A stretch of 32,129 bases of DNA. Origin: Dehalococcoidia bacterium. GTDB lineage: Bacteria > Chloroflexota > Dehalococcoidia > Lucifugimonadales > UBA3495. The notes below the pieces were generated by a model. The model was not told the DNA's origin. It saw only the letters and a list, made by a program, of their open reading frames with translations, and made no database searches. A program made the translations under genes and the position numbers. Within the stretch, counting starts at the first letter, position 1, and each line of letters starts with the position of its first letter. Of the stretch, positions 1 through 8,838 are shown one piece after another. The stretch spans positions 1-32,129 of the forward strand of contig JAKZUA010000208.1 of the NCBI GenBank assembly GCA_047516825.1. Direction: 5' to 3'.

Positions 1-189
1 GGGCTGTTATTCCTCACCCCCGGCAATCCATAACGCCTCACCCTCACCGGTACACCGGTCCTCGCGGCAGGTCCGCCAGCAGACAGGTTTTGGAAACTTC
101 CTCATGTCCCAAACGCCAAAGTCCCGAGCCGGTTCCGGCTGCTAACCTGAATTCAGCACCATCCAAAAATAAAAGACAGGAGAGCAGAA

Positions 190-1263
190 ATGAACCGCCT
201 CATCCACCAATCCATCCTCACCGCCATGCTGCTGGTGGCCGTTACCATGCTGGCAATAGCCATACCGAACAGCAATATAGTCTCGGCACACGAAGAGCCG
301 CCGGGGCTCTGCGACCGCAACCAAGTAGTCCAAGACTCTGTCCTGGCAAAACTGCCCGGCATAGACCAATGTTCCGGCGTAACTGGTGAACACCTGCGGG
401 GTCTCTCCGGGACCCTCGACCTATCAAGCCAGGGCATCACTGCCCTTTCGGCTGGGGACTTCCAGGGAATGTCCGGCATAACCGGGATAGACGCATCCGG
501 GAACCAGCTCTCCCGTGTACCCGGAAACCTGCTCCAACAACTCCGCCACCAGAGCCACACCCACTCGACCACGGAGACCAGCCGGAACGGCTACGTCATA
601 GCCGTGATCGACAAGTCCGGCTCCATGAGCGGACAGCTCAGCACCGCAAAGTCAGGCGCCCGGTGGCTTGCGGCCAACAGGCCGGACAGCATGCCGATGG
701 CGGTCATGGCCTTCTCGAACACCGCCCACACGGCGCAGGATTTCACCACCGAAACCGACAGCCTGAACAACGCCATCAACAACCTCTCTGCCAACGGCAG
801 CACCAACATAGACGACGCCCTCGCTGGAACGTACAGCCAAGCCGACAGCCGGCCGGACACATCGTTGCCCGTCGCCATCATCGTGTTCAGCGACGGCGGG
901 TTCACGCTGTCCGGCAGCCTTCACGACACCATGTCCACCAACTCCGTCAACGGCGTCAAGGTCAGCACCATCTCGACCTCCGGCCACAATGCCAACATGC
1001 AAAACCTGGCCGCCCGCGGAGGCGGGGTGTACAACACCCAGCCCAGCTCCTCGCAAAGCGGCTCATACTTCCCCATCAGGACAACCAGCGAGACCACCAC
1101 CACGACAAACAGCCACGAGCCATCCATCACCTCGCTTGACCTGTCAGGCAACTCCCTCTCATCATTACCCAGCGGGACCTTCGCCCAACTGCCAACCCTG
1201 ACCAGCATCAACCTCAGGGACAACTCCCTGACCTCCGTCCCGGCAGGGGTCGTTGCCCGATGA
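190..1263 (+). CDS. Secreted leucine-rich-repeat / von Willebrand factor A domain protein; probably the 5' piece of an interrupted surface-protein gene
   Basis: AGGAGAG RBS lies just upstream of ATG 190. Signal peptide MNRLIHQSILTAMLLVAVTMLAIAIP. LRR motifs: IDASGNQLSRVP, LDLSGNSLSSLPSGTF, INLRDNSLTSVP. vWA MIDAS DxSxS in VIAVIDKSGSMSG. The frame enters IS-derived sequence at 1239-1244 and stops 7 codons later. Confidence 0.75.
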   Translation: MNRLIHQSILTAMLLVAVTMLAIAIPNSNIVSAHEEPPGLCDRNQVVQDSVLAKLPGIDQCSGVTGEHLRGLSGTLDLSSQGITALSAGDFQGMSGITGIDASGNQLSRVPGNLLQQLRHQSHTHSTTETSRNGYVIAVIDKSGSMSGQLSTAKSGARWLAANRPDSMPMAVMAFSNTAHTAQDFTTETDSLNNAINNLSANGSTNIDDALAGTYSQADSRPDTSLPVAIIVFSDGGFTLSGSLHDTMSTNSVNGVKVSTISTSGHNANMQNLAARGGGVYNTQPSSSQSGSYFPIRTTSETTTTTNSHEPSITSLDLSGNSLSSLPSGTFAQLPTLTSINLRDNSLTSVPAGVVAR

Positions 1264-2221
1264 GCCAACCTGCAGTAGGGAGGGGTTTGCCTCTACGGCC
1301 AACCCGGTAAACCCGCACTCGAGTGAACTCCTTGGTCAGATTGCCCTTGCTCCCTTCCCGCCAGGTAATAGCTTGCCAGGCATCTTGGAGCAGTTCTTCC
1401 AGGAGAGCGTTGGCCTCTCGACTGGGTATCCGGTCCTCCAGACGGCGGGCCCGTCTGGGTCTCCCCTGGCCCTGGTACGGCGGGGCTGGTTGTTCTCCGG
1501 AGTCCTCTTCCACATCCTGGGCCAGGCGGAAGCGAGTAGAGGAGGCTACGCCGACCAGATAGGGGAGTCCTCGAGTCTCCAGGCCATCCAGGAACCGGGG
1601 TTGGTCCCCATAACCGGCATCGGCCAGCACTGCCTCGGTGGGCACTGCCGCAGCTATACCCGCATCGATAAGCTCCAGGGCTATCTTCCCCTTGGTCTGA
1701 AAGGAAGTGCCCGCAGGCACCTTTGCCGCGCTAAGCCGTACCTGGTCCTGGGTCCAACCTTCCGGCAGGTAGAGGCGGGCCGTGATCGGCCAATCAAAGC
1801 TCCCATCCACATAGTGGGATGTCACCAGCACCTGACAGTTGTCTACCCGTCCCAGGGTTCCCGAGTACTGCCTCGCCACACCCACCGAGTGGGTCCCTTT
1901 CTTGGCAAATCCGGTGTCATCAATGATCTGCAGCCCCCGGCCCAGGCTAGCCTGGGCCACCATGTATTGCACCCGGAGCTGGTCCATATCCCTGGAGTCC
2001 CACTCGGTGTTGGTAAGGAATTCCTGCAGTCGCTGGCCGTTGGTCCCGGCTACCCCTCGGCCCAGGTCCGAGGCTGTCTTACGAGGAATATCCGCCAGGA
2101 GACCGGCGGTGTAACGCTCCATCGCATGCCGGCTTTGCCCTCGCGATACCAGGGATGCATACGGCTGAAGGAAGGCCGCCAAATCTGCCGGCGGACTGGG
2201 TCCCACTTTAATGACCACCAC
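1214..2221 (-). pseudogene. IS701-family DDE transposase, N-terminal fragment (~328 aa of ~444)
   Basis: Family-typical sequence with the first two acidic motifs: QIIDDTGFAKKGTHSVGVARQYSG and AVLADAGYGDQPRFL. It leaves transposase sequence after WLIGQRPLPG (nt 1238-1267). The last 7 codons (RRSGSCP) are read from the antisense of the LRR gene. Confidence 0.8.
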
Positions 2222-2321
2222 CCCACCTCACCACTATCTAGTAGATACGGTTGCAATCTACCAAAACCTCTGCCAAATCGCCTTGCTACACCACAACCAA
2301 TCGCTAATAAAGTAGTATTAG
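1239..2321 (-). mobile_element. IS701-family insertion sequence, right-hand part (transposase N-terminal ~3/4 plus terminal inverted repeat IRR)
   Basis: Contains the transposase fragment 1214-2221. The 17-bp end TAATAAAGTAGTATTAG (2305-2321) is the 16/17 inverted match of CTAATACTACTTTGTTA at 23995-24011. The inner breakpoint lies in CCCGGC at 1239-1244. Confidence 0.75.
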
Positions 2322-2372
2322 CAAGGCCAAGGTGAGAAAAACCGCGTGACATGAGGGCAATTATTCTAGATA

Positions 2373-3383
2373 ATGCCACCTACCCCCCGCGCTACAGGCA
2401 CGCAGCAGATGCCGGGAATAGGAGGGCAACCGCAGCTGATGGTGAAGCCAGATCTACACTTTGGCGCCGGGTTGGCCTTGGGCGCCAGCGAGACCGCTTT
2501 CCAGGCCCGCTGGATGGAGGAGCTAGGTTACGAATACTTGTCGGCGGGCGAGCATTTCATGCGGGGTAATCCCCCGGGGCCTACCCACGCCGTTCTGCCG
2601 TTGCTGGGGGTAGCGGCCGGCGCCACCGAGCGGATTCGGCTGCTTTCTTCCATAGTCCTGACGCCCTTCTACCATCCTTTAATGCTGGCCAAGTTCGCCT
2701 CGACGCTGGACGTTGCATCCGGGGGACGGCTCACCCTGGGTGTGGGAGTAGGCGGCGAGTTTCCGGTGGAGTTTGAAGCCGCTGGGTTGAACGTGCGACA
2801 ACGGGGGAGCCGCACCAATGAGTGCCTGGAAGTGGTCCGGCGACTTTGGACCCAGGACCGGGTGAGCTTTAAGGGCAGACATTTCCAGCTGGAGGATGTG
2901 GCTTTGAATCCTCCGCCGGCCCAGCAGCCCCATCCTCCCATCTGGGTAGCAGGCCGACGAGATGCCGCCATGCGCCGGGCGGCGCGCTACGGCGATGGCT
3001 GGCTACCCTATTTCTACAGCCCGCAGCGGTACCGGGACAGCGTGGAGAAAATCACAGTAATGGTTGCCGAGGAAGGGCGGGATATTTCTGGATTCCAATG
3101 GGGCTTCTTCCCCTATATCTCCATCTACCCGACGGTAGAGGAGGCTGCCAGCGTGGCCGCCGAGGCCTTGGGTGGCCGGTACCTCTACGGAGGAGACTTC
3201 CTGGAAATCGTTCGCAACTACTGCCTGCTGGGGCCGGTGGAGAGCTGCATTGCTCGTCTCCAAGAGTTCATCGACGCCGGGGCTCGCCACATCGTCTTCA
3301 ACATCTCATGCCCCAGAGAGGATCGGGCCCGCCATCTGGAAACCATCGCTAAAGAGATCATCCCCCATTTTCGGGATGAATAA
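2373..3383 (+). CDS. Luciferase-like monooxygenase (LLM) family oxidoreductase, probably F420-dependent
   Basis: LLM-family sequence: GATERIRLLSSIVLTPFYHPLMLAKFASTLDVASGGRLTLGVGVGG and PPIWVAGRRDAAMRRAARYGDGWLPY. The longest ORF starts at 2373. ATG 2439, preceded by GGAGGG (2421-2426), is the more likely start. Confidence 0.8.
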   Translation: MPPTPRATGTQQMPGIGGQPQLMVKPDLHFGAGLALGASETAFQARWMEELGYEYLSAGEHFMRGNPPGPTHAVLPLLGVAAGATERIRLLSSIVLTPFYHPLMLAKFASTLDVASGGRLTLGVGVGGEFPVEFEAAGLNVRQRGSRTNECLEVVRRLWTQDRVSFKGRHFQLEDVALNPPPAQQPHPPIWVAGRRDAAMRRAARYGDGWLPYFYSPQRYRDSVEKITVMVAEEGRDISGFQWGFFPYISIYPTVEEAASVAAEALGGRYLYGGDFLEIVRNYCLLGPVESCIARLQEFIDAGARHIVFNISCPREDRARHLETIAKEIIPHFRDE

Positions 3384-3440
3384 GGCCAGGAACTTGGTCT
3401 GGGTGGCCCGGTTCTCAGAGGGTGAGTGAGAAGTCTGGTT

Positions 3441-3507
3441 CTCCCTTGGCAAGCGGGAGTTAGAGGGGGCGATTTAACCCCTCCCAACCTCCGCTTCGTA
3501 AGGTAGG
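3441..3507. repeat. Intergenic palindromic repeat, hairpin + G-box module pair (copy A)
   Basis: CTCCCTTGGCAAGCGGGAG-TTAG-AGGGGGCGA followed by the inverted module CCCCTCCCAA-CCTCCGCTTCGTAAGGTAGG. Near-colinear with copy B at 15532-15601. Confidence 0.6.
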
Positions 3508-3650
3508 TTTATCTCCTCACCTAGCCGCTTATAGGTGCTTAAGGCGTCGGGGTCGGCTGGCTGAACCCCTTTTGGAGGAGAAACATCTAATTTGTTGGTG
3601 AGGGAAGCGCCAAGGCTTGCCCATCATTAGGTTAATCCCAGGAGGTAAAA

Positions 3651-4858
3651 ATGGCTCAGCCAGAGATTAAATCGGATATAAAATTTTACGGAGCGCACTG
3701 GTGCCCGGATTGTCGCCGCTCCAGGAAATTCTTGGGAGAGCACCGGATGCCGTATCAGTATTTTGACGTGGACCAGGACACCGAAGCCCAGGCTTACGTG
3801 CAGCAGATTAACGAGAATCGGCTGATAATTCCAACCATTCTGTTTTCCGACGGCTCTTTTTTGGTGGAACCCAGCGACGCGGAACTGGCGGAAAAGTTGG
3901 GGCTGCAGACCCAGGCCACCCAGACGTTTTACGACGTGATAGTGGTTGGCGCCAGTCCCGCCGGCTTCACAGCCTCTTTGTATGCCGCCAGGGAGGGCCT
4001 TAGCACTCTGTTGATCGACCGCTCGGCAGTGGGTGGTCAGGCCGGGATAACCGAAGCCATCGACAACTATCCCGGATTTCCGGAGGGGGTTGGAGGAGCC
4101 GAGCTGGTGGACCGCATGGAGGCGCAGGCCATCAGGTTCGGGGTTGAGGTGCTCCAGGCTCAAGATATTAAATCCGTGGCGGTAGACGGGCAATACCGCT
4201 CTGTAACTACCGCTCTGTAACTACCGCTTCCGGAGACGAATATTGCGCCTCCTCTATCCTGGTCAGCCCCGGTACCACCTACCGGCGCCTCAACGTACCT
4301 GGAGAAGACGACTTTATCGGGGCGGGCATCCACTTCTGCGCCACCTGCGACGGCCCTTTTTACAACGACAAGGAATTAATTGTGGTCGGCGGCGGGAACA
4401 GCGGGCTACAGGAAGGGCTGTTTCTCACCCGGTTCGCCAAGAAAGTGACGGTTTTGGAGGTTGGAGAAAGGCCAGGTGGCAGCCAGGTGCTACAAGACAA
4501 GGTGATAGGCCATCCCGCCATGGCAGTACGCTTACAAACCATGGTCGAAGAGTTTAAGGGGGAGGGACGTCTTTCCGGAGTGGTGGTTCGAGACCTGAAA
4601 TCCGGACAGACCGAGGAGTTGCACCCAGACGGCGTGTTCGTGTTTATCGGGCTCCTGCCCAATACCGGGTTCTTGCAGGATACCCTGAACCTGGACCGGT
4701 GGGGATTCATCGAAACCAGCAATAGCCTGGAAACCAGCGTTAAAGGCATCTTCGCGGCGGGAGACGCCAGGCAAGGAAGCACCAAGCAGGTGGCCTCCGC
4801 CACCGGCGAGGGAGCCACCGCCGCCCTGATGATCCGTCAGTATCTGGAACAATCATAA
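3651..4858 (+). pseudogene. Glutaredoxin/thioredoxin-fold domain fused to thioredoxin-disulfide reductase, frameshifted by a 14-bp tandem duplication
   Basis: GGAGGT RBS upstream. ORF 3651-4220 carries WCPDC plus the FAD site VIVVGASPAGFTASLYAA. ORF 4382-4858 carries VVGGGNSGLQEG and GIFAAGD, and its frame extended upstream carries FCATCDGPFY. Removing one 14-mer gives a single 1194-nt ORF of 397 aa. Confidence 0.85.
4194..4221 (+). repeat. Perfect 14-bp tandem duplication (TACCGCTCTGTAAC x2, then partial TACCGCT to 4228)
   Basis: Read directly: copies at 4194-4207 and 4208-4221. The second copy places TAA 4218-4220 in frame. Confidence 0.95.
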
Positions 4859-4994
4859 AGGCGGGACCCACATAGATAACCACCCCATCTCTGCGGGCTT
4901 GACCATGGTTTTAGTTTAGAGCCTGTGTTCAAAGCATCGCGCATTGTCCGCGCTAGAATAGAGAAATGGGTATCCTGGTATGGCCTGACCATAG

Positions 4995-5075
4995 CCCCTT
5001 CTCCTTTGACGGGAGAAGGTTGGGATGAGGTTGATACCCCTCACCTCACTCCTCTCCCACAAGGGGGTGAAGAAG
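4995..5075. repeat. Intergenic palindromic repeat, hairpin + G-box module pair (copy C, diverged)
   Basis: CCTTCTCCTTTGACGGGAGAAGG-TTGG-GATGAGG, a spacer, then the inverted module CCCTCACCTCAC-TCCTCTCCCACAAGGGGGTGAAGAAG. Confidence 0.5.
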
Positions 5076-5261
5076 CTGAAGCCCAAACCGGCATAGCAGC
5101 CTGAGCCTGGAAGTCAAGAAACTTTTAAAACCCACTCTTAGAAAAATCCGGAGGGGCGGGTTCCGGCTGAAGGATTTGCGTCCTTAGGCCTTCGCCGGAC
5201 GGCACCTTCTTGGTCCTTCCTCGCCTCCGGTTTTTGTTGATCCTACGGGTTTTCGGGCGTG

Positions 5262-5289
5262 TTGTGGGGATCAAGGATTAGTGTATAAT
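5262..5289 (+). promoter_or_regulatory. Candidate sigma70-type promoter for the radical SAM-fabF unit
   Basis: TTGTGG (5262-5267), a 16-nt spacer, then consensus TATAAT (5284-5289). A nested hairpin leader follows: GGGCCG...GATTGCCTG...CAGGCGATC...CGGCCC (about 5292-5343). Confidence 0.35.
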
Positions 5290-5361
5290 GTGGGCCGTTA
5301 AACGATTGCCTGGTCCGGGGACTGGTCAGGCGATCAGCGGCCCACGACTGTCCTGCGAGAG

Positions 5362-7161
5362 GTGATGATGTCCAAGATCAAGCGGGTAGTGCTGGTGCAG
5401 CCGGCTTCCGCGGGCGGGAACTTTGAATACGTGGCCATACCTCGCCAGGGTATGCTGTTTCTCTCAGGTGCCCTGGCCCAGTGGGAAGGCCCCCATCTCT
5501 ACGAACGAGATATCTGGTTTGAGGACCGTTCGGGCCTGATGGACCCGGATTCTGACCTGGACGGGGTCGACATACTGATGGTCACCGCCTTGATTAACGA
5601 GGCGCCGCGGGCCTATCAAATTGCCCGGTTGGCCAAGCTCCATCATCCCGAGATTATCACCATAGGCGGCGGACCCCAAATGAGCCCTCTCTCCGAGGAG
5701 GCGATTCGGCTGGGTGGGTTCGACGTCATTGTCAACCGGGAGGGGGAAGATATCATCGGCCAGCTCAGCGATACGCTGTTGGAGTATCAACATTCGCCTA
5801 TGCTGGATTCCTACCTTGACAAAATTCCCGGTATCAGCTTTATGCGGGATGGCAACCTGGTGGAAACCCGCCGCTCCGGATTGGTGGCGCCGGATTTTGT
5901 GGAGTTGCCGGATTTCCGGTCGATTCGGGACCTCTCGCCCGCCAACCCCATGGCCGGCGGAGTAATAGAAACAGTGCGGGGCTGCACCGAAAAGTGCACC
6001 TACTGTCAGGTTATTCAGCAGTTCTTGGGTTATCGGTTGATCAGTCGGGAAGCCGAGTATAAGCGCCTGGTCCAGCTGCAGGAATTGGCCTCCGATGGTT
6101 TGATTCACACCGCCGGTAATGGCAAATTCACCGTCTTTATCTCCGACGACCTCCACCCACCGCCCCTGCGAGCGGTAAAGTATCGAAACGAGCGACTGGA
6201 ACGCCTGAAGGCATGGCATGGCCGCACCGACGACATGTACCTGATCTGCCAGGCTCGGGCCGAGATCGGGCAAGACCAGGAATTGGCCGAGGCGATGTCC
6301 GACGCCAACATTAAAATGCTCTACCTGGGAGTGGAATCCAACAACGCGGAAAACTTGAAGGTGGTGCAGAAGCGTCAGGAGCCCGGCCAAATGGAGAATG
6401 ACCTGCGGGTTCTGAACCAGATGGACTTCACCGTGGTGGCCATGACCATTATTGGCCTTCCTTACGACAATGAGGAAGACATAATGAACCTGGCCGAATG
6501 GGTTACCCAATACAGCAAGTATCAAACTGCCAACCTGTTGACTCCCCTGCCGGCTACCTCCAATTGGGACAGCTTGACCCCACTCAACGAGAAAGGAGAG
6601 CTTCTGGCCGAAGGTGAAATCCGCCCCTATCACCTGTATACCGGACGCCAGCTGGTTTTCCATGACGAGCGCTGGACCATGCAGGAAAGCCAGGAGCTGT
6701 TCGAGCGTTACTCCGCCAAGCTGACCTCCATCGACAACCTGTATGGGCGGGTGTTCCGAATGTTGCGGTCCTACAAGCTGCGGCTAGCGGCGACCAGCCG
6801 GGACCTGGGAGACACGATCACCGCGCGCATTGGAGAGGCCACGGAGGTTTTACGAGGCTGGTCTGAACCGGCGTCCATGGCCGGCCGGGAGTTTGGCGAG
6901 AACATTTCCCAGCGAATGGACGAGCTGGCCGAGAACCTGCGAACTGTGTCCCAGCCCTTGGCCAACACGCGGCGGGCGTTGGTGGACAACATCAGCCTTC
7001 GAGTCAACGAATTGTCCGACTCCCTCCGAACCTTGTCCGACCCCCTCACCACCGGCGGTAAGGACCTGGCTCAGAATATATCCCATCGGATAAACGAGTT
7101 GAGCGAAATGCTCAACGGGGTAATGGTCGATTCAAACAGGCGAACCACCATAAACAAGTAG
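5362..7161 (+). CDS. B12-binding domain-containing radical SAM protein with a C-terminal 4 x 29-aa repeat extension
   Basis: N-terminal cobalamin-binding-type region: ILMVTALINEAPRAY...IITIGGGPQ. Radical SAM cluster motif RGCTEKCTYCQV (CxxxCxxC). GAGAGG RBS; the true start may be ATG 5365 or 5368. Confidence 0.85.
   Translation: MMMSKIKRVVLVQPASAGGNFEYVAIPRQGMLFLSGALAQWEGPHLYERDIWFEDRSGLMDPDSDLDGVDILMVTALINEAPRAYQIARLAKLHHPEIITIGGGPQMSPLSEEAIRLGGFDVIVNREGEDIIGQLSDTLLEYQHSPMLDSYLDKIPGISFMRDGNLVETRRSGLVAPDFVELPDFRSIRDLSPANPMAGGVIETVRGCTEKCTYCQVIQQFLGYRLISREAEYKRLVQLQELASDGLIHTAGNGKFTVFISDDLHPPPLRAVKYRNERLERLKAWHGRTDDMYLICQARAEIGQDQELAEAMSDANIKMLYLGVESNNAENLKVVQKRQEPGQMENDLRVLNQMDFTVVAMTIIGLPYDNEEDIMNLAEWVTQYSKYQTANLLTPLPATSNWDSLTPLNEKGELLAEGEIRPYHLYTGRQLVFHDERWTMQESQELFERYSAKLTSIDNLYGRVFRMLRSYKLRLAATSRDLGDTITARIGEATEVLRGWSEPASMAGREFGENISQRMDELAENLRTVSQPLANTRRALVDNISLRVNELSDSLRTLSDPLTTGGKDLAQNISHRINELSEMLNGVMVDSNRRTTINK
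6799..7146 (+). repeat. Four tandem 87-bp (29-aa) coding repeats at the radical SAM C-terminus
   Basis: RDLGDTITARIGEATEVLRGWSEPASMAG / REFGENISQRMDELAENLRTVSQPLANTR / RALVDNISLRVNELSDSLRTLSDPLTTGG / KDLAQNISHRINELSEMLNGVMVDSNRRT. Confidence 0.8.
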
Positions 7162-7182
7162 CTCAGCTACCCCTGTCCCAGT

Positions 7183-7209
7183 TCACAGCTATGCTAGCTC
7201 ACAGCTATG
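7183..7209 (+). repeat. 16-bp-period direct repeat spanning the fabF start codon
   Basis: TCACAGCTATG (7183-7193), CTAGC, TCACAGCTATG (7199-7209). The second ATG (7207) is the fabF start. Confidence 0.9.
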
Positions 7210-8460
7210 ACCGATAAAAACCGCGTATTTATCACCGGCATCGGTATCATTAGCCCTCTGGGGCTGGACGTGTCTACCACTTGGTCCGAGCTCACCCAAG
7301 GCCATTCCGGGATCGATCAAATCACCGCCTTTGATACCGAGGGGTTCGACACCAGTTTTGCCGCGCAGGTTAAGGGCTTCGATCCGGAAGACTACCTGGA
7401 CCGCAAGTTGGCGCGGCGCATGGACCGTTTCGCCCAATTCGCCGCCGTGGCGGCCCAAGAAGCCTGCCGCAACGCCGGGATAAAGCCGGCTGAGGAAGAC
7501 CCCTACCGTACCGCTGTCATTATCGGCAGCGGCATCGGCGGAATCATCACCCTGTCCCAGCAATACGAGGTGCTGAGGGAGCGGGGACCCCGGCGAGTAA
7601 CCCCTTTCCTGATACCGATGATGTTGGGAGACATGGCGTCGGCTCAGGTCTCCATGGTAACGGGATCTATGGGCGCCAACTACTGCGTGGTATCGTCCTG
7701 CTCCAGCGGCGCCGACGCGCTGGGCCAGGGCTGGGAAATGATCCGAAGGGGCCAAGCCGATGTGGTGCTGGCCGGCGGCAGCGAAGCACCTATTTCCCCC
7801 ATCGCGGTGGCCGGCTTCAACTCCCTCCGGGCGCTATCCCGTTACAATGAGGACCCCCAACTGGCCAGCCGACCCTTCGATCGGGATCGGGATGGCTTCG
7901 TCATGGGAGAGGGATCCGCGGTTCTGGTGCTGGAAGGCGAGGAGCATTTTAGAAAGCGGCAGGCGTCGGCCCTGGCCGAGCTGCGAGGATACGGAGCCAC
8001 CTCTGACGCCCATCATGTGACTGAGCCCAATCCTACGGGACAAAGCGCCGCCGAGGCTATATTGTTAGCGTTACAGGCGGCGGAAGTGGATACTTCCGAG
8101 ATTGACTACCTCAACGCTCACGGCACCTCCACCCCGTTGAACGATAGCCAGGAAACCAAAGCCATCAAGCTGGCCCTCGGTGAGGAGGCCTACCGCGTTC
8201 CCATAAGCTCCAGCAAATCCATGACCGGTCATCTGCTGGGCGCCGGAGGGGCGCTGGAAGCTGCTTTTTGCGTGCTGGCCCTGCAACACGGGCTGATACC
8301 GCCAACCATCAACCTCCATAACCAGGATCCGGAGTGCGACCTGGACTACACTCCCTTGAAGGCTCGCACGAAGCCGCTAAATGTCGTGGTAAGCAATTCC
8401 TTTGGCTTTGGCGGCCACAACTCGGTTCTGGTGCTGTCCAGCGCCAACGGTACCGGCTAA
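7207..8460 (+). CDS. fabF: Beta-ketoacyl-ACP synthase II
   Basis: Full-length KAS II sequence. Active-site Cys region VVSSCSSGADAL. His motifs DAHHVTEP and NAHGTSTPLND. C-terminal KSMTGHLLGAGGALEA and SNSFGFGGHN. Confidence 0.9.
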   Translation: MTDKNRVFITGIGIISPLGLDVSTTWSELTQGHSGIDQITAFDTEGFDTSFAAQVKGFDPEDYLDRKLARRMDRFAQFAAVAAQEACRNAGIKPAEEDPYRTAVIIGSGIGGIITLSQQYEVLRERGPRRVTPFLIPMMLGDMASAQVSMVTGSMGANYCVVSSCSSGADALGQGWEMIRRGQADVVLAGGSEAPISPIAVAGFNSLRALSRYNEDPQLASRPFDRDRDGFVMGEGSAVLVLEGEEHFRKRQASALAELRGYGATSDAHHVTEPNPTGQSAAEAILLALQAAEVDTSEIDYLNAHGTSTPLNDSQETKAIKLALGEEAYRVPISSSKSMTGHLLGAGGALEAAFCVLALQHGLIPPTINLHNQDPECDLDYTPLKARTKPLNVVVSNSFGFGGHNSVLVLSSANGTG

Positions 8461-8611
8461 TCTCCCGGCCCGGCCCGCTTCTCCCCGCCTCAAGCCTTCC
8501 TTAGAATCAATTTCGAAACGATCCATGTCATTCCGAAGGGCTCGGGGTGATATATCGTGATGTAGGGCGCTGAACCCGCTCCCGAGGGAGGTGTATTTGC
8601 CGCCTTCGGTT

Positions 8612-8633
8612 TGAGTTCGGTATGAGTTCGCTA
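8612..8633 (+). repeat. 11-bp tandem duplication, intergenic
   Basis: TGAGTTCGGTA (8612-8622) followed by TGAGTTCGCTA (8623-8633), one mismatch. Confidence 0.85.
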
Positions 8634-8838
8634 AGTTGCATTCCCACTGACCCTCGCCTCTCCCCTCGTGCAAGGTGAATTGGTATGATGGGAGCTGGGC
8701 CGGCTGGTGGTTCAGACCATCGACATCAAGCTTCTCTGGTGACCGTGCCGGCCGCTAAAGGAATCAGTTGCGCCTGGGGCAGTCAGGGATTGCTCACCTA
8801 ATTGGTTCCTAGGTTCTTGGGTTAATGGAGACAAGCAA

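Noticed and set aside
1253-2335. 360-aa ORF on the plus strand
   Set aside because: It is antisense to the IS701 transposase fragment, whose DDE motifs identify the true coding strand.
5464-6663. 399-aa ORF on the minus strand
   Set aside because: It is entirely antisense to the well-supported radical SAM gene. It has no recognisable motifs and a low-complexity, Gly/Val/Gln-rich composition typical of a GC-rich shadow ORF.
8520-8600. Possible additional repeat element (GTCATTCCGAAGGGCTCGGGGTGATATATC...) downstream of fabF
   Set aside because: It resembles repeat-derived sequences seen in other genomes, but it is single-copy in this window and has no clear symmetry. The evidence is not enough to call it.
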